DNA from: Chrysemys picta bellii
Taxonomy: Eukaryota
Direction of reading: 5' to 3'
NCBI RefSeq assembly: GCF_011386835.1
Contig: NC_088802.1
Coordinates: 2,108,001 to 2,172,000, forward strand
Length of the DNA stretch: 64,000 nt
The notes below the pieces were generated by a model. The model made no database searches, had not been told where the DNA came from, and saw only the letters and a program-made list of their open reading frames with translations. Both the position numbers and the translations under genes were made by a program. Numbering within the stretch: the first letter of the stretch is position 1; the number at the start of each line of letters is the position of its first letter. This document shows positions 10,601 through 22,909 of this stretch, one piece after another.

Positions 10601-12454
10601 GTTGAAAGGGAATGGTTTGATTTTTCAATTTCCAAATTTATTTGTTGTTATATTATTTAAAAAAGAGTCAAAATTGAAATGAAATGCTTCAGTTTTACGG
10701 AAACAGAATACATCTCGTTAACCTGAAATGACATATCCCCGATCTATCCATCCATACATGCACCGATCCTCCACCCCTAGATCCATTGCTATCTATCCAT
10801 CCCTAGCTCTCTGTCTATAGATAGACAGGACTTTGAGTGGATGGTAGCTAGCTAGATACAGATGCCCAGGGATGGAGTATGGATGGATAGATATTAATTT
10901 AGGGGTGCGGTGGATGGGTACATAGATAGAAATATAGATAAGAAGGATCTAGGGGGAGGGATGAATGGTTGGATGGACAGATAGAGATGAATCTAGGGGT
11001 GGAAGATGGCTGGAGGGACAGATAGAAATGGATCTAGGAATGGGGTAGATAGATGGAAGAACAGATGGGGGTGGATCAAAGGATGGGGTAGATGGACATA
11101 TAGAGAAGCATCTAGGGATGGGGTAGATTGTTGCCTGATTTTAGAGGATGGTATATTATTGTAGACTCGCCAATTGATCTGACCAGAAGATAACGAGGTT
11201 CTTGTCCCAGAATGAGGCCACCCAGAATTAAATGCCGTGAGTTCAATATCTTGTAAGGACCTTCGAGGTGGATGACAAGGACACGCAGGCTGAGGAGAAA
11301 TTGCAGCCATAGAGACTTATTAAAATAAGTGAAAACGCTACCAAAGCTCCACAAGGGAATAACACAGCTCTGGGGGGACCTGTCTCATCAGCCTTTACCA
11401 AAGCTTCCTAGATTAGCACCCTCACAGGGGCACCTGGTGGTAAGAGACAACGGACCAGCCTGTCCCTGGCCTGCCAAATGGGTCCGACGATGCTCGAGAC
11501 TGAGGGTGAATATTAGAGCTGAAGGGTCAGATGCTGAGGAGCGAAGTTGACAATAGACAGTGGAGAAACTCAAAAGCTGAAGAAGACGAAGCTGCCTGCA
11601 CATGGCGGGTTGCCCTCCTATAGGATCTCAGCAATATCTTGAATATTCATGCTAGTACCCAACCTTCTGTGCCCAAATCTAACTTCCTCACCCACATCAT
11701 ACTGGGGTGCACTTATTCTATAGCCTAGTGTAGTCACACATGTTAATGCCAATTGCCTCATTCTCAAACCTGTTATTTCTTTCCCAATCTGGTTTCCGGT
11801 CGTTACTTCCACATTCCTGTGGTGTCCCGTGTGGAGTCCCAAGTTTCTTAGATAAACATGTCTAGTTCCCCAAAATCTAAAAGGGTATCGGTTAGGCCAT
11901 ATATCTGAGCCTAAGTTCACCAGCCCCCTTAACCGTACAGATGCTCACTTGCTGAAGCTAAACATACAGGATACAGGCCTGTAGGACCCGTTACAGCCAA
12001 ACATAATAACATAATCCAGTGCAAACATACAAGGCAAATATACCAAAGCAAACCAATAAATAAAGGCAGAACATAATAAAGCAAGCCAGCAGGTTAGCCC
12101 TCTGGCCTACAGGTGGACTGACAGAGATGGATCTAGGCTTGGGGCAGATGGACAGAAGGACAGAAAGAGATGGATCTAGGCTTGGGGCAGATGGACAGAA
12201 GGACAGACAGAGATGGATCTAGGGATGGGGCAGATGGACAGAAGGACAGACAGAGATGGATCTAGGGATGGGGCAGATGGACAGAAGGACAGACAGAGAT
12301 GGATCTAGGGGTGGGGCAGATGGACAGAAGGACAGAGATGGATCTAGAGATGGGGTAGGTGGCTGGATGAACACATTAAATTAGTACCTGCTGTCCAGGT
12401 GGGGATGAAGAAGAGGATGCAGAGGACGGGGCTCAGGGCTGGCAGCTGCTCCAT
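7669..12454 (-). CDS. NCR3-like: NKp30/NCR3-like V-type Ig receptor, inhibitory form (ITIM), gene 1, 224 aa
   Basis: complement(join(7669..7779,8150..8187,8446..8565,8675..9013,12388..12454)). Leader [23 protein letters not shown] domain with C..W..DSGLYQC and [38 protein letters not shown]. Tail [13 protein letters not shown] then [21 protein letters not shown]. All introns GT-AG with compatible phases and no stops. Confidence 0.85.
9197..9208 (-). promoter_or_regulatory. Candidate ETS-IRF composite element (GGAAGTGAAAGT) in intron 1 of the receptor gene
   Basis: Exact match in all five paralogs (also 36191-36202, 40293-40304, 44970-44981, 59172-59183). Fits the GGAAnnGAAA EICE consensus. 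Confidence 0.45.
9303..10248 (+). mobile_element. CR1 LINE 3' fragment in receptor intron 1 (antisense to the gene)
   Basis: CR1 RT-like sequence (GTGTACGCCCACACCTTGAATAG, GAGAAAAGATGAG) with a TTCTTATGTTCTT tail. Shared with the paralogous introns. Confidence 0.85.
12121..12355. repeat. 43-bp VNTR in receptor intron 1
   Basis: Unit CTAGG(N)TGGGGCAGATGGACAGAAGGACAGACAGAGATGGAT, about 5 copies. Confidence 0.9.
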
Positions 12455-15400
12455 GGTCCCCGCTCTCTGGGCGGCTCCGTGCGGCCACCTCAGCTCAGCT
12501 TCAGCATCCTCCGCAAGTGTCAGCCCCAGGGGGCGGTGGAAAGTTTTGTGGTCAGCACTTCTGAGATGGCTGCAGCGAGAGGCCGGGGATGAGGGCCGGA
12601 TGGGTATGTGTGTGTGTGTGTGTGTGTGTGTTTGAGCATGTGCTATTCACTGTGTTAGGGACTGGCTGGTGTGTGCGTGTGTGTGTGTGTGTGCGTGAAT
12701 CCAACTGCTCCCTAGAATCAGCCGCATTCATCTGTGTCTCCTATCCCCTGTACTGCGTGTGACTGAGGAGGATTCCCCTTACTTAGACTGGGGCAGTTGG
12801 GGTGTTTAGAGCTGGGGCATCTGGTCTGATGCCCCGCCCGGCTGCCTGGCGCAGGGGGCAGCACAGCAGCAGCTGGCATCTCCTGGAGCATCCTGGCTTG
12901 GTGGTGGTCCCCAGGAGCAGCTCCCCGGCCAGGGCTGCGTCCTACCCTGGGCCACAAATCCCTGCTCTGCTCTCAAACCAGGGGGGCTGACGGGCGTGAA
13001 TTCCCACCCTGGGTCGGCGATCCGGCCCTGTCAACTTTCCATGTCTTTTTCATCGGCTCTGTCACGAGACATTTCTAACCAGACATTGTCCTTAGCGCCA
13101 CAACCTTGAATGGTTGGCCAACAGCTACACCACACTGCTGGCTAGCGATATTCGGAGGAGCTGTCAGGTTGCAGGTAGTTGTGATGGGGATTTGGGGTAA
13201 TTTGGAGTCATTTTCCGTCCAAAACGACCCCGCCAAATTGTACGTGTGGCTGCGGGTGGGTAAAATCTTCCCCGTCAGCAGCTGCATTTCAGTCACCGCC
13301 CCCGGAGCCGCCCCCCATCTCCCTTTACCTCCGGGAAGTCATATTTTCTTGGATGACTTATCTCCGCTGGCTGAGACATGCCAACGTGCCATCGCTCCCA
13401 CCCACTGCCGCGCCAATCACCCCCAGCTCGGGTGGCCAATTTTGGTTGGACGTATTCCTGGAGATTCCATCCCATGACATAACCCTTAATTAAAGATTAA
13501 CCCTGAATTGCTGGAGACTCCAGGACAATGGTGGAAGATTGGCAACCCTAGGCCTCAGATGACAGCCTGGTTGTGGATAGGGGTGGGCGCAGAAGGGATG
13601 GCGCCTAGCGACTCAGAGTGAAGGTGTCCAGTGGTAGGTGGGCTCCCAGGAAGGGGTCTGAGAGTGGAGGGGCAGACGGGGCGATTGTGTTGAGGGGCTT
13701 TCTTGGGGTGTTGTTTTGTCCACTGACCCTGGTCGTTTCACGACCTGCTTTGGGTGTTAAATTTGACAAGGGGTGCTTGTGAATCTATCTGCAGCTGTGG
13801 GGAGAGAGTGAGGAGAGGTGGAGCTGGGGGGAGGGCTGGGTGTCAGGACTCCTGGGTTCTATCTTAGGTCTGGTTAAGTGTGGTCTAGCAGAAAAAGACT
13901 CCCAGCCCCCCTGACTCTAACCCACTAGTCCCCACTCCCCTCCCAGAGCTGGGAGAGAACCCAGGAGTCCAGACCCTTTGCCATCCTTCAGTTCAGGTCT
14001 GTGCACAGCCCATCTTTCTTGGGGGGGACCCATGAGGAGGGCATCCATTTGTTACTTGTACTTTCTGCAGTTTCTGTGGTGGGCTGAAACATGCCAAGTT
14101 GCTCGAGGCTCTGTCTTCACGTTCACTGCTGCGCCCCGTGGTGAGAAACAGGAAATTCAGCATCTTGCACGGCCGCAGCTTTTGCAAAGGTGGCAGCAGT
14201 TGGGGCTGGGGAGGGGGTGAGTTACAATCAGCTACAGAAGTGTCGGAGTCCGGGGCACATACGACGCACAAATAACTGACCACGGTTTCCGTCCTGTGAG
14301 CCGGAGGCGATCTCCAGGCGCTCAGTTTGCAGTGCCAAAAATGCTTTTAGCCCTCATGGGTGCAAAGAAATCTTTCCAGCCAGGGGCGGGTGGGACCCAC
14401 GCCTGAGTCTGCAGAGAGCCTGAGCTGGTCGCTCTGAGAGGGGGGAGCTGCCTCATGTGTGATCCAGGCAGTGATGGGAGTGGCCTGGCTCGGGGTGAGG
14501 GGGTGAGGGTCTAACCTGCTACAATTTTACTTTCCACCCAAATTTCCAATTTCTCACCTTTTTCAGGAGAAAAACATTCACAAGACATATATATATTTCC
14601 GAGTGCAAAGAAAAGAAAATATGTTCCATAAATTGAACTACCAATGGGGTGAAGCTTGACAGGTATTTTTATATATATAACATTATTTTTCTCAAGAAAA
14701 ATAATTATTTTCCATAAATGCAGCTAGCACTGGGGTGGAGCATAGCATGTCAGCTATTATATATAGATGTAAACACACACACACATATACGCAAATACAC
14801 ACACACACTTTTTGTCCACAAGAAAACACATCATTTACCATGATTTTTTTCTGAAAATATTTTTGCTAAAGAGAAACATTGTTCCCAAAGTATTTTCCTT
14901 TTTAAAATCATATCATTTTTGTCAACAAGAATAGTTCACAAAGATATTTTTTCTGTTGAAAGCCATTTCTGCACGGAAAGAACATTTCCCAGGAGAGAGT
15001 TTTCATTAAAAATGCTTTATTTAAAACATATTAAAATAAGATTTTATCACAAGCTCTTGTGCTCCAGAAATGTTTGACTGGATAGAACTGTTTTTAAATA
15101 AGCTAAGGGAAAACCTCCGGGCCAGATCCCAGCCGGTGTCAAGCGGCCGCACCTCCACTGAGCTCAGTTGGGCCAGGTACTGAGTTTCTGGAAATCCGTT
15201 CCATGGAAGTCAGAAGCGCTACGGCCGACTGATCCCAGCAGGGATCTGGCCCCATTGACTTGGAGGGAGCTACGGCCAATTGACTCCCTTGCTGCTTGTT
15301 TCTCCTGCGTTCGCTCTCGCCCCTGCAGTGTTCTCCTTGGGTTTCTGCGTCTTCTCCCTCTGCTGCTGGACGGGACCAGGACACTCTCCTGCTGCTCCGT

Positions 15401-16329
15401 CAGCTCTCCATTCGGCTGTCGGACGCATGGACCGCTCAGGGAAGCTTCTCTCTGCTTTTCTCTCCTTCTCCTCACTGTCCACGTGCTCTCCACCTACCCC
15501 TTGGCTGTCTGCTGACACACTGACTTTTATACCGACCTGTCAGGACTTTCTTGCGCATGACCACGGCCCACATTCCAAACGGTCCGTTCTAATTTTAGCC
15601 TGCAGCCGTGTTTACCTCAGAGTTATGACCTGCTGACCTTACCCCTACTTTGGTTTTCCCGCCAATTTGATTTTTTAGTGCTATGGGATCTGCAGACTCG
15701 AATGAGGGCCTGACTCTTGCTTAATTAAAATGGAAGCCAGGGATACACAATAGAGTCTGGGGAATTTCTCTGGTATCAGCATCATCCACTCAGGGTTTGA
15801 CCTGCAAGTTATTGCACGTTGTTTCTCACGTTTAGCAAAAAGGGAAGCAGGTTAGAGGGTAGCATAAATAAGTCTCAAAATTCAGGGTCAAGAGTTCATC
15901 AGTTTCTGGTGCGTTTCTCAAGTGAGTTTGGTCTCCATATTTTTCAAAGGGGAAGTGTATTTGTTCCATGACTAGAGAGGAACTGACTGATTTGCGAACA
16001 CTTCAGCTGTGTCTGTAACAACCTGACGTTCCAGGAGAGGGGAAGTGGAGGGGAGGCCAGGAGGCCACAGCTGTAGCTCAGAGTTTGAACGGTCTGACTC
16101 AGATGTATGGGAAGCCAGGGGCTGGGATTGGCTCCGCACTTCCTGGACCTGGGCTGAGAGATGGGCAGGAAGTTCCTCGGTCACTAGAAATCTGAATTTG
16201 AGCCTGCAGGGGAAGCTAATGTAAATTGTGGTGAATCAAAATTCTAGTGAAACCCTCCAGTGCCACTGGGTTATGGCCCCACTGGGGACTCATTTCCTGG
16301 GCTGCCGGCCCCATCCCGAAGCCATTCAC

Positions 16330-16833
16330 CTTTCTTATTCCTCAGGCAGACGAGCAATCCCAGGCCCATGAAGACCAACCCCAGCACGGAGCCCCCGACC
16401 CCAGCCACCATCTTGCCCTGGGAGAGTCAGTCTGTGCTTCTGTGAAAACAAGAGCACGGGTGGTTTGGGCTCAGCCCAGCTTCTCCTTCCCTTTGTCACG
16501 TCCTCGCTCTCTGCCCCCGGGGTGGAGATGGGGATCTGACCCAGGCCCATCCCCTGAGGGGACTCCACAGAGCTAGGGGTGCCCTGTGGGCTGAGGGGTT
16601 GCCCCACACTCAGAGGCTCTTACCAGTGCACGGTGAGGGGGCCCCGCAGGCTGATGTGCTCCACCTGGCAGGTGTAGACGTCCCAGCGCCGGGGGGTCAT
16701 CGCCAGCATCACCAGGATCTGGAAGGTCCAGTCTCTGTTGTGGAGCAGCTCCGTGGACACCACCCCGGCCGTCTGCTCCTGCCTGTTCTCGAACCACTTG
16801 ATTTCAATCCCTGAGCGGTAAAACCCCATCACG
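16330..16833 (-). pseudogene. MHC class II beta chain fragment 2 (partial beta2 exon and TM exon)
   Basis: 16624-16833 encodes [68 protein letters not shown]. The TM exon 16330-16439 is 110 nt, with the same 1-nt deletion as copy 1. Confidence 0.85.
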
Positions 16834-17156
16834 GGGTCCCTCACACCTAGATCTGAAAGGTCCCTGCCCCGAGGAGCTGTCAGCCCCGCCCAGCCAGAAA
16901 CTTGGAGCGGCCTCCCTGGCGCCCCGCGGGCCAGAGTGTTGTCCGGGCTCCGTGTGGGTAGCTGGGCCTATGTCCCACGGGGAACCCGCTTGCTACCCAG
17001 GCACCCCAGCTCAGCCTGGACACCCTGCCAGGACCCTCCTGGTTCCCCCACCCACGCCCACCCCCTTTGTGTACGTAGCTGTGTCTGACCCCTGCACCCA
17101 GACCCTGGCTCCTACAGCCCCCGGTGGGGTCCACTGGACAGCCCCTCCCTGAAGGG

Positions 17157-17162
17157 TTTATT
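17157..17162 (-). terminator. Polyadenylation signal of CD1
   Basis: AATAAA on the minus strand about 255 nt after the stop codon. Confidence 0.6.
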
Positions 17163-17415
17163 GAACGGCACAGGCCAGCGCCGGCTCCCTGTGGATCCTG
17201 GACCCCCGCGATCCCACAGTGCCCCAAGTGTCCAACGTGCCCCCAACGTCCAGAGGGAGGAGAATCCCACCCCGGGCCCCGATCTCCCAGGGCCCCGATC
17301 CAGTCCTGCCCTTGGGGCCCTGAGCTCTGGAGCCGAGCACAGATCCAGCCCCAAGGTCCATGTCCCCAGGAGAGGGGCCGATCCCCATGCTGGGTCTGGG
17401 GCCGGTGCCGCTCCC

Positions 17416-20309
17416 TCAGGGCCTGGACTCCCCTGGTCCAACATCCTGGTAGCCCCTGGAAGGAGAGAGCAGAGGGGATGGGTTAGGGGGTGTAACGGAC
17501 CCACCCCCACCCCAGAGAGGGGAGGACTCACCTGCGTCTGCTCCGCCACAGCACCACGGCCATGGCGGCTACGGCCACAACCCCCAGGGTGATGCCCACG
17601 ACCAGGCCGGGGCCCCAGGGCCTGCTCTGCTCTGTAAAACAGGGGGTGCCGTGCTGGGAACGGGGACAGGAGTGTGGGCCCTGTTCCATCAGCCTTCCCC
17701 GCAGCCCCCTTCTGCTCTCCCCGCCCCCGACCCACTGCCTGCAGCCCTTCACCCTGATCCTGTTCCTTCAACATCCCCCGCAGTCTCCCCCGATCACCCC
17801 ACCCCGACCCACTGCCCTCAGCTTTTGCCCTACCCAAAATCTCTTCTTTCAGCCTCCCCCACCATCCCATTCCCCTCGCTCCCCCTGCTGTCCCACCCCC
17901 TCAACTTCCCCCCATTCCAGTCCTGCTCCCCTCTGTCTCATCCCCTCCAGACCCTCTCCCTCTCCCCAACCCCCCGATCCTCTCCAGCACAGCCCCATTG
18001 TCTCCCCTGCCCCACTCCACACAGCTCTCTCTACCCTGTCCCATTCAGGCTCCCCTCAGCCCCTACCCTGCTCCCCCCATGCCAGTCGGGTCCCCCTCAG
18101 TTCCTCCACCCTGCTTCCCCCGGTCCATCCCCACACCCGCCGAAACCCTCGACCTCCCTCCGCCCCAATCCCGCTGCCTGGACCCACCCCTGTCTCACTG
18201 AGGATGTGCCGGAAAAGCCCTCAGAGACCACGACCCCCCCCACCCCCCCTCCGGGGACGTGCACCTACCCCAGGGGACCAGCAGGCTCCGGCCCCCCAGG
18301 CTGCTGTGCTGCACCCGGCAGGCGTAGCTGTGCCCGGCACCCGGCTCCACGGCCAGGGAGCTGCGCAGCTGGTAGGTCAGGTCCGCGTTGGGCAGGATCC
18401 CGCTGGAGTTCAGCCACCAGCCCGGCCCCACCTCCTCCCCGTCCTGCAGCCAGGCCACGCGGACGGGCCGGGGGTAGAAACCGGTGACCCGGCAAACCAG
18501 CAGTACCGGCGCGGGGGTCCCGGCTGAGGGAGGCGCTCGGGCAAACACCACGGCGACCGGCCGCTCTGAGACAGGAGGAGAGAGACGGGGCGGGGGAGAG
18601 GGGACGATTCAGTCTGAGCCTCAGGGACTCACTAGCCAAGCCCAGCTCCATTCCCCGGGGTCAGGCGTTGGCCCCGCTGTCCTGGCCAGACCCCAATTCT
18701 GCCCCCTGCCGTTACCAGTGGTGACGGAACCCCCTTCACTTCCTGTCCTAAACTGCTGTGCAGTGCGGCTATGATATGGCTACTGTGCTGCACCCCAGAT
18801 ATAGCTGCATTTGTACACCAGGCAAGGGGGCCCTGGATAAACAGCCCTTGTGCCCCACCCCAGAGGTGGCTGCATCTCCACAAGCGGGGAGGGGTGTCCA
18901 GCCTCACCTTGCCTCTCCAGAGACTCTTTCCCATACTGGACAAAGCTCTTGATCAGATTGACACACGTCATTCTCAGGAGAAACTGAAGCGTGATGGCCA
19001 CAACCCGGTTGTAGTTAAGAATCTCCTGGGCTTTGAGAGTCAGTTTATCCCCCTGGCGAGCGACCCATTTGCCGCTCTCCGTGTCAAAGCTGACAAAGTC
19101 CTCGCCGTTCATCCCAGCATCACAGAATCCCCTGGGAGTGCCATTGGGGTGGAGCTCGCAGCCCTCGGTGAACTGGGTAACAAAGGGGTCTGGAACAGGA
19201 AGGGCAGGGGGTCACCGGAATGGGGGGAGACGGCAGAAAGAGGGAGACACCCAGCGCAGACCCTGGGCTGAGCCGCTGGGCAGAGCCGTGCTGGGTTCTG
19301 TCCCATGCCCTGGGGCAGCGCTGGCTGGGAGGGTGGGGGAGGCATTAGCTCAGCTCTGCGTTTCCTGCCCATGTCTCAGTTTTCAGGTTCAGGCAGGACA
19401 GGTGGCACCTTGGGCAGCCTCCCCCCTCGTTTCCACTTCCCCCTCCTTCGACAAAGGCCTTGGGTAGGGCACATGAAAGACCATGAGCCTAGGGTCAGGG
19501 GCTGGGACATGGGGCCTTTCCCCTCTAGGGCGCACAGGCTACAATCCGGCCCCAGAGTGGGGGACTGGCTCAGTGGATGGAGAATGGGATGTGGGGCCTT
19601 TCCCCTCTAGGGGAAGCTGGCTCCATTCAGCCTAAGGGCCAGGGACTGGCTGTCTTGCCCCTGATCCACCCTATCAGGACACACTCAGTTGCTGTGGGGA
19701 GCGTGTCAGTTCTCAGCTCCCTGGTGGGTGCGGGAAGGGACCCCCCTCAGACTGCGCCATACTCACAGCCCTCTCCTTCTTGCTTAACCAGATCGTTCAC
19801 CATACGGATGAAGTTGGACAGATTGTTATAGATCAACTTCTCCAGGTCCTGCCACTGCTTTGGGGTCAGGCCCTGCTGGGCCCAGGGCTGCAGGAAGCGG
19901 ACCTTGCAGGTCCTGCAGTCCAGGGAGTGAGTCTCCAGGTCGCCCAGCAGGGCCGTCCCCTGCATGTCCGTGGAGCTGGCGTTGTGGAAGATGATGGTTT
20001 GGAGCAGCCGGAGAGTGAGAGACTCTGTGGGGACAGGAGGGGAGGCTGTGGGGAGGGGAGAGGAAACAAGTGGAGGATAAAGCAGTTGGGGAGAGAGATT
20101 AATGAGTCTCAGTCTCCTTAACACTCCCTGCTGACCCCTAACCCGTCTCCCCCCTCCTCCTACACCCCCAGCGAGGGTCACTAGCCCAGCGTGGTGCTGC
20201 CCCATCCTGGCATTACATCACACCCCCCAGTAGCAAAAAGGGAGGGGGGTCCCCACTTACCGTCCAGAGCCCCCCATGCCCAGGGCAGGAGCAGCAGAGG
20301 GAGCAGCAT
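17416..20309 (-). CDS. CD1: CD1-family MHC class I-like lipid antigen-presenting heavy chain
   Basis: complement(join(17416..17455,17532..17631,18269..18565,18908..19189,19767..20045,20261..20309)). Leader MLLPLLLLPWAWGALD. alpha1 LRLLQTIIFHNAS..LGDLETHSLD. alpha2 starts with the CD1-typical YPFVTQFTEGCELHPNG and has TC near its end. alpha3 C1 domain LLVCRVTGFYPRPVRVAW..YACRVQH. TM GLVVGITLGVVAVAAMAVVLW. Tail RGYQDVGPGESRP*. GT-AG introns, phases consistent, no stops. Confidence 0.9.
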
Positions 20310-20619
20310 CCCGGCAGGGGAAACGGGCTCAGGGAGACGTCAGAGCAGCGGGACGAGGGGCCCAGGGCTGCACACATGTGCTCTTGGTTCCTCCCAGGGC
20401 GCAAACCTCTCTGCCAACTTCTCCCTTTGTCTGTGTCTGCTCAGCTCTGTCCCCGCAGCTGCCAGCCCTGAGCCAATGAGGGCAGAGTGAGTCGGGGAGC
20501 GGAGGCCGTGCGGGAGGGGATCCCCGGCAGCAAGAGCAGAACCAGGGCCTGTCCCGACTCCCAGTGTGTGTGACACGGCCCCTCCATCTCCTTCAGCCTG
20601 GGTACCACTGCTCCCAGGA

Positions 20620-21412
20620 CAGCCCCTAGCGCCGCCCTGGCGCCATGGGGAGCCCTGACTGCCCGGGGAGAGCCCCCTGCTGCCCCCGCCCCGCCCCCTG
20701 CAGCACAGCCCCTAGCGCCGCCCTGGGGCCATGGGGAGCCCTGACTGCCCGGGGAGAGCCCCCTGCTGCCCCCCACCCCACCCCCTGCAGCACAGCCCCT
20801 AGCGCCGCCCTGGGGCAATGGGGAGCCCTGACTGCCCGGGGAGAGCCCCCTGCTGCCCCCCACCCTGCCCCACTCCCTGCAGCCCAGCCCCTAGCGCCGC
20901 CCTGGGGCCATGGGGAGCCCTGACTGCCCGGGGAGAGCCCCCTGCTGCCCCCGCCGCCCCCTGCAGCCCAGCCCCTAGCACCGCCCTGGGGCCATAGGGA
21001 GCCCTGACTGCCAGGGGAGAGCCCCCTGCTGCCCCCGCCCCGCCCCCTGCAGCACAGCCCCTAGCGCCGCCCTGGGGCCATGGGGAGCCCTGACTGCCAG
21101 GGGAGAGCCCCCTGCTGCCCCCGCCCCGCCCCCTGCAGTACAGCCCCTAGCGCCGCCCTGGGGCAATGGGGAGCCCTGACTTCCCGGGGACAGCGCCCCC
21201 TGCTGCCCCCCGCCCCACCCCCTGCAGCACAGCCCCTAGCGCCGCCCTGGGGCCATGGGGAGCCCTGACTGCCCGGGCAGAGCCCCCTGCTGCCCCCCGC
21301 CCCACCCCACTCCCTGCAGCACAGCCCCTAGCGCCGCCCTGGGGCAATGGGGAGCCCTGACTGCCCGGGCAGAGCCCCCTGCTGCCCCCTGCCCCACCCC
21401 CTGCAGCACAGC
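20620..21412. repeat. GC-rich VNTR of about 87 bp upstream of CD1
   Basis: About 9 copies of CCCCTAGCGCCGCCCTGGGGCCATGGGGAGCCCTGACTGCCCGGGGAGAGCCCCCTGCTGCCCCC...CAGCACAG. One more unit follows the MITE at 22149. Confidence 0.9.
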
Positions 21413-22148
21413 TAGGGTTACCATATTTAAAAAATAAAACAAGAGGACACTCCACGGGGCCTTGGCCCTGCCCCTTTCCCACCCCCGGCCCCGCCCCAAC
21501 TCCGCCCCTTCCCCAAAGTCCCCGCCCTAACTCCCCCTCTTCCCTCCCAGCCACGCGGAAAGGGCTGCCCGAGCGCTACCGGCCTCACGGTTTACCGGGC
21601 AGCCCCCTGACCCTGCGCCCCCTGGCCGGCGCTTCCCCAGCACAGCTGGAGCCTGGGAGGGGAAGTGCCCAGCCGGGGGCGCAGGGTCTGGAGGCTGCCC
21701 GGCAAACCGTGAAGTCGGTAGCGCTCGGGCTTCGGGCAGCCCCCTTGCCTCCGGACCCTGTGCCCCCAGCCGGGCACTTCCCCTCCCGGGCTCCGGCTGC
21801 TCTGCTCCTCCCCTGACTCTTCGGCTCTGTTTAAGAGCCGAGCTGACCGAGTGCTCCGGCTTCGGGCAGCCCCCTTGCCTCCGGACCCTGCACCGCCGGA
21901 GCAGAGCAGCTGGAGCCCGGGAGGGGAAGTGCCCGGCCGGCGGCTGGGGTCCGGAGGCAAGGGGGCTGCCCGAAGCCGGAGCACTCGGGCAGCTCAGCTC
22001 TTACACAGAGCCGAAGGGTCAGGGGAGGACGTGCCCGGCCAGTATTTTTCCCGGACATGTTTGGCTTTTTGGCAATTCCCCCTGGACGGGGGTTTGATTA
22101 CCAAAAAGCCGGACATGTCCGGGAAAAACCGGACGTATGGTAACCCTA
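21413..22148. mobile_element. Non-autonomous hAT element (MITE)
   Basis: TIRs TAGGGTTACCATA / TATGGTAACCCTA with a perfect 8-bp TSD AGCACAGC (21405-21412, 22149-22156). Confidence 0.9.
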
Positions 22149-22909
22149 AGCACAGCCCCTAGCGCCGCCCTGGGGCAATGGGGAGCCCTGACTGCCCGGG
22201 GACAGCGCCCCCTGCTCAGGCCAGATTCACCCACAGACAAACCAGGCAGGGACCTAGGCCCTGAATTGGTGGGGGGTGGCCCCAAAATTACAGGCCAGCG
22301 TCCCCCTCCTCACCCTGCCCAGGGGCTCTGCCTCCCCCCAGCTGCCCCCTCCGACCTGGCACTGCACCCCAAACCTGGCCTGGCACGGGGGAGGGGGGTG
22401 ACTTGGGGGGGGGTGGAAAGCAAACCTGCCCAACCCCCACCCCGCAGCGGGGTCCTGTCCCATGGGGCTGGGCCTGGCTCCCCCCCAGGGGCTGCACCGG
22501 AGTGATGGCGGGAGATGGGGGGGAATGGGGAAGAGACAGAACAGAAGGGAGGGCAGAGCCCCTCCAACTGCCCCCTCATCCCTGTTCCAATGGCCCCTCC
22601 CCCTCCCTATAGCCCCTTCCGCTCCTTGCCCCTCCCTCTCCCAATAGCCCCTCCCCCTCCCTATAGCTCCTTCCCTCCTAACAGCCCCTCCCCCTCCATT
22701 CCAATAGCTCCTCCCTCTCCCAGTGGCCCCGTCCTTCCAATAGCCCCTCCCTCCCCCTGCCCGCTTTCTTATTAGCCACACTCCTGCTCCCTGCCCCTCC
22801 CTCCCGCTCCTTAGCCCCGCCCACTCCGTGGCCCCGCCTCCTTATTCTCCTCCCCGGCCCCTGTCGCTCCCAGGCTCCGCCCTTTCCATCAATGGCCTGG
22901 GCGGGACAG

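Noticed and set aside
11150-12110. Conserved 100-aa ORF ([15 protein letters not shown]...), repeated at 57487-57789
   Set aside because: It lies in receptor intron 1, has no recognisable domain, and its conservation is explained by recent duplication. Possibly a decayed retroelement.
17562-18527. Long Pro-rich ORFs (321 aa and 278 aa) on the plus strand
   Set aside because: Antisense to CD1 exons and a GC-rich intron, low complexity, no domain.
20620-21412. CRISPR-like appearance of regular repeats
   Set aside because: Units are tandem with no unique spacers, in eukaryotic DNA with no cas genes. It is a VNTR.
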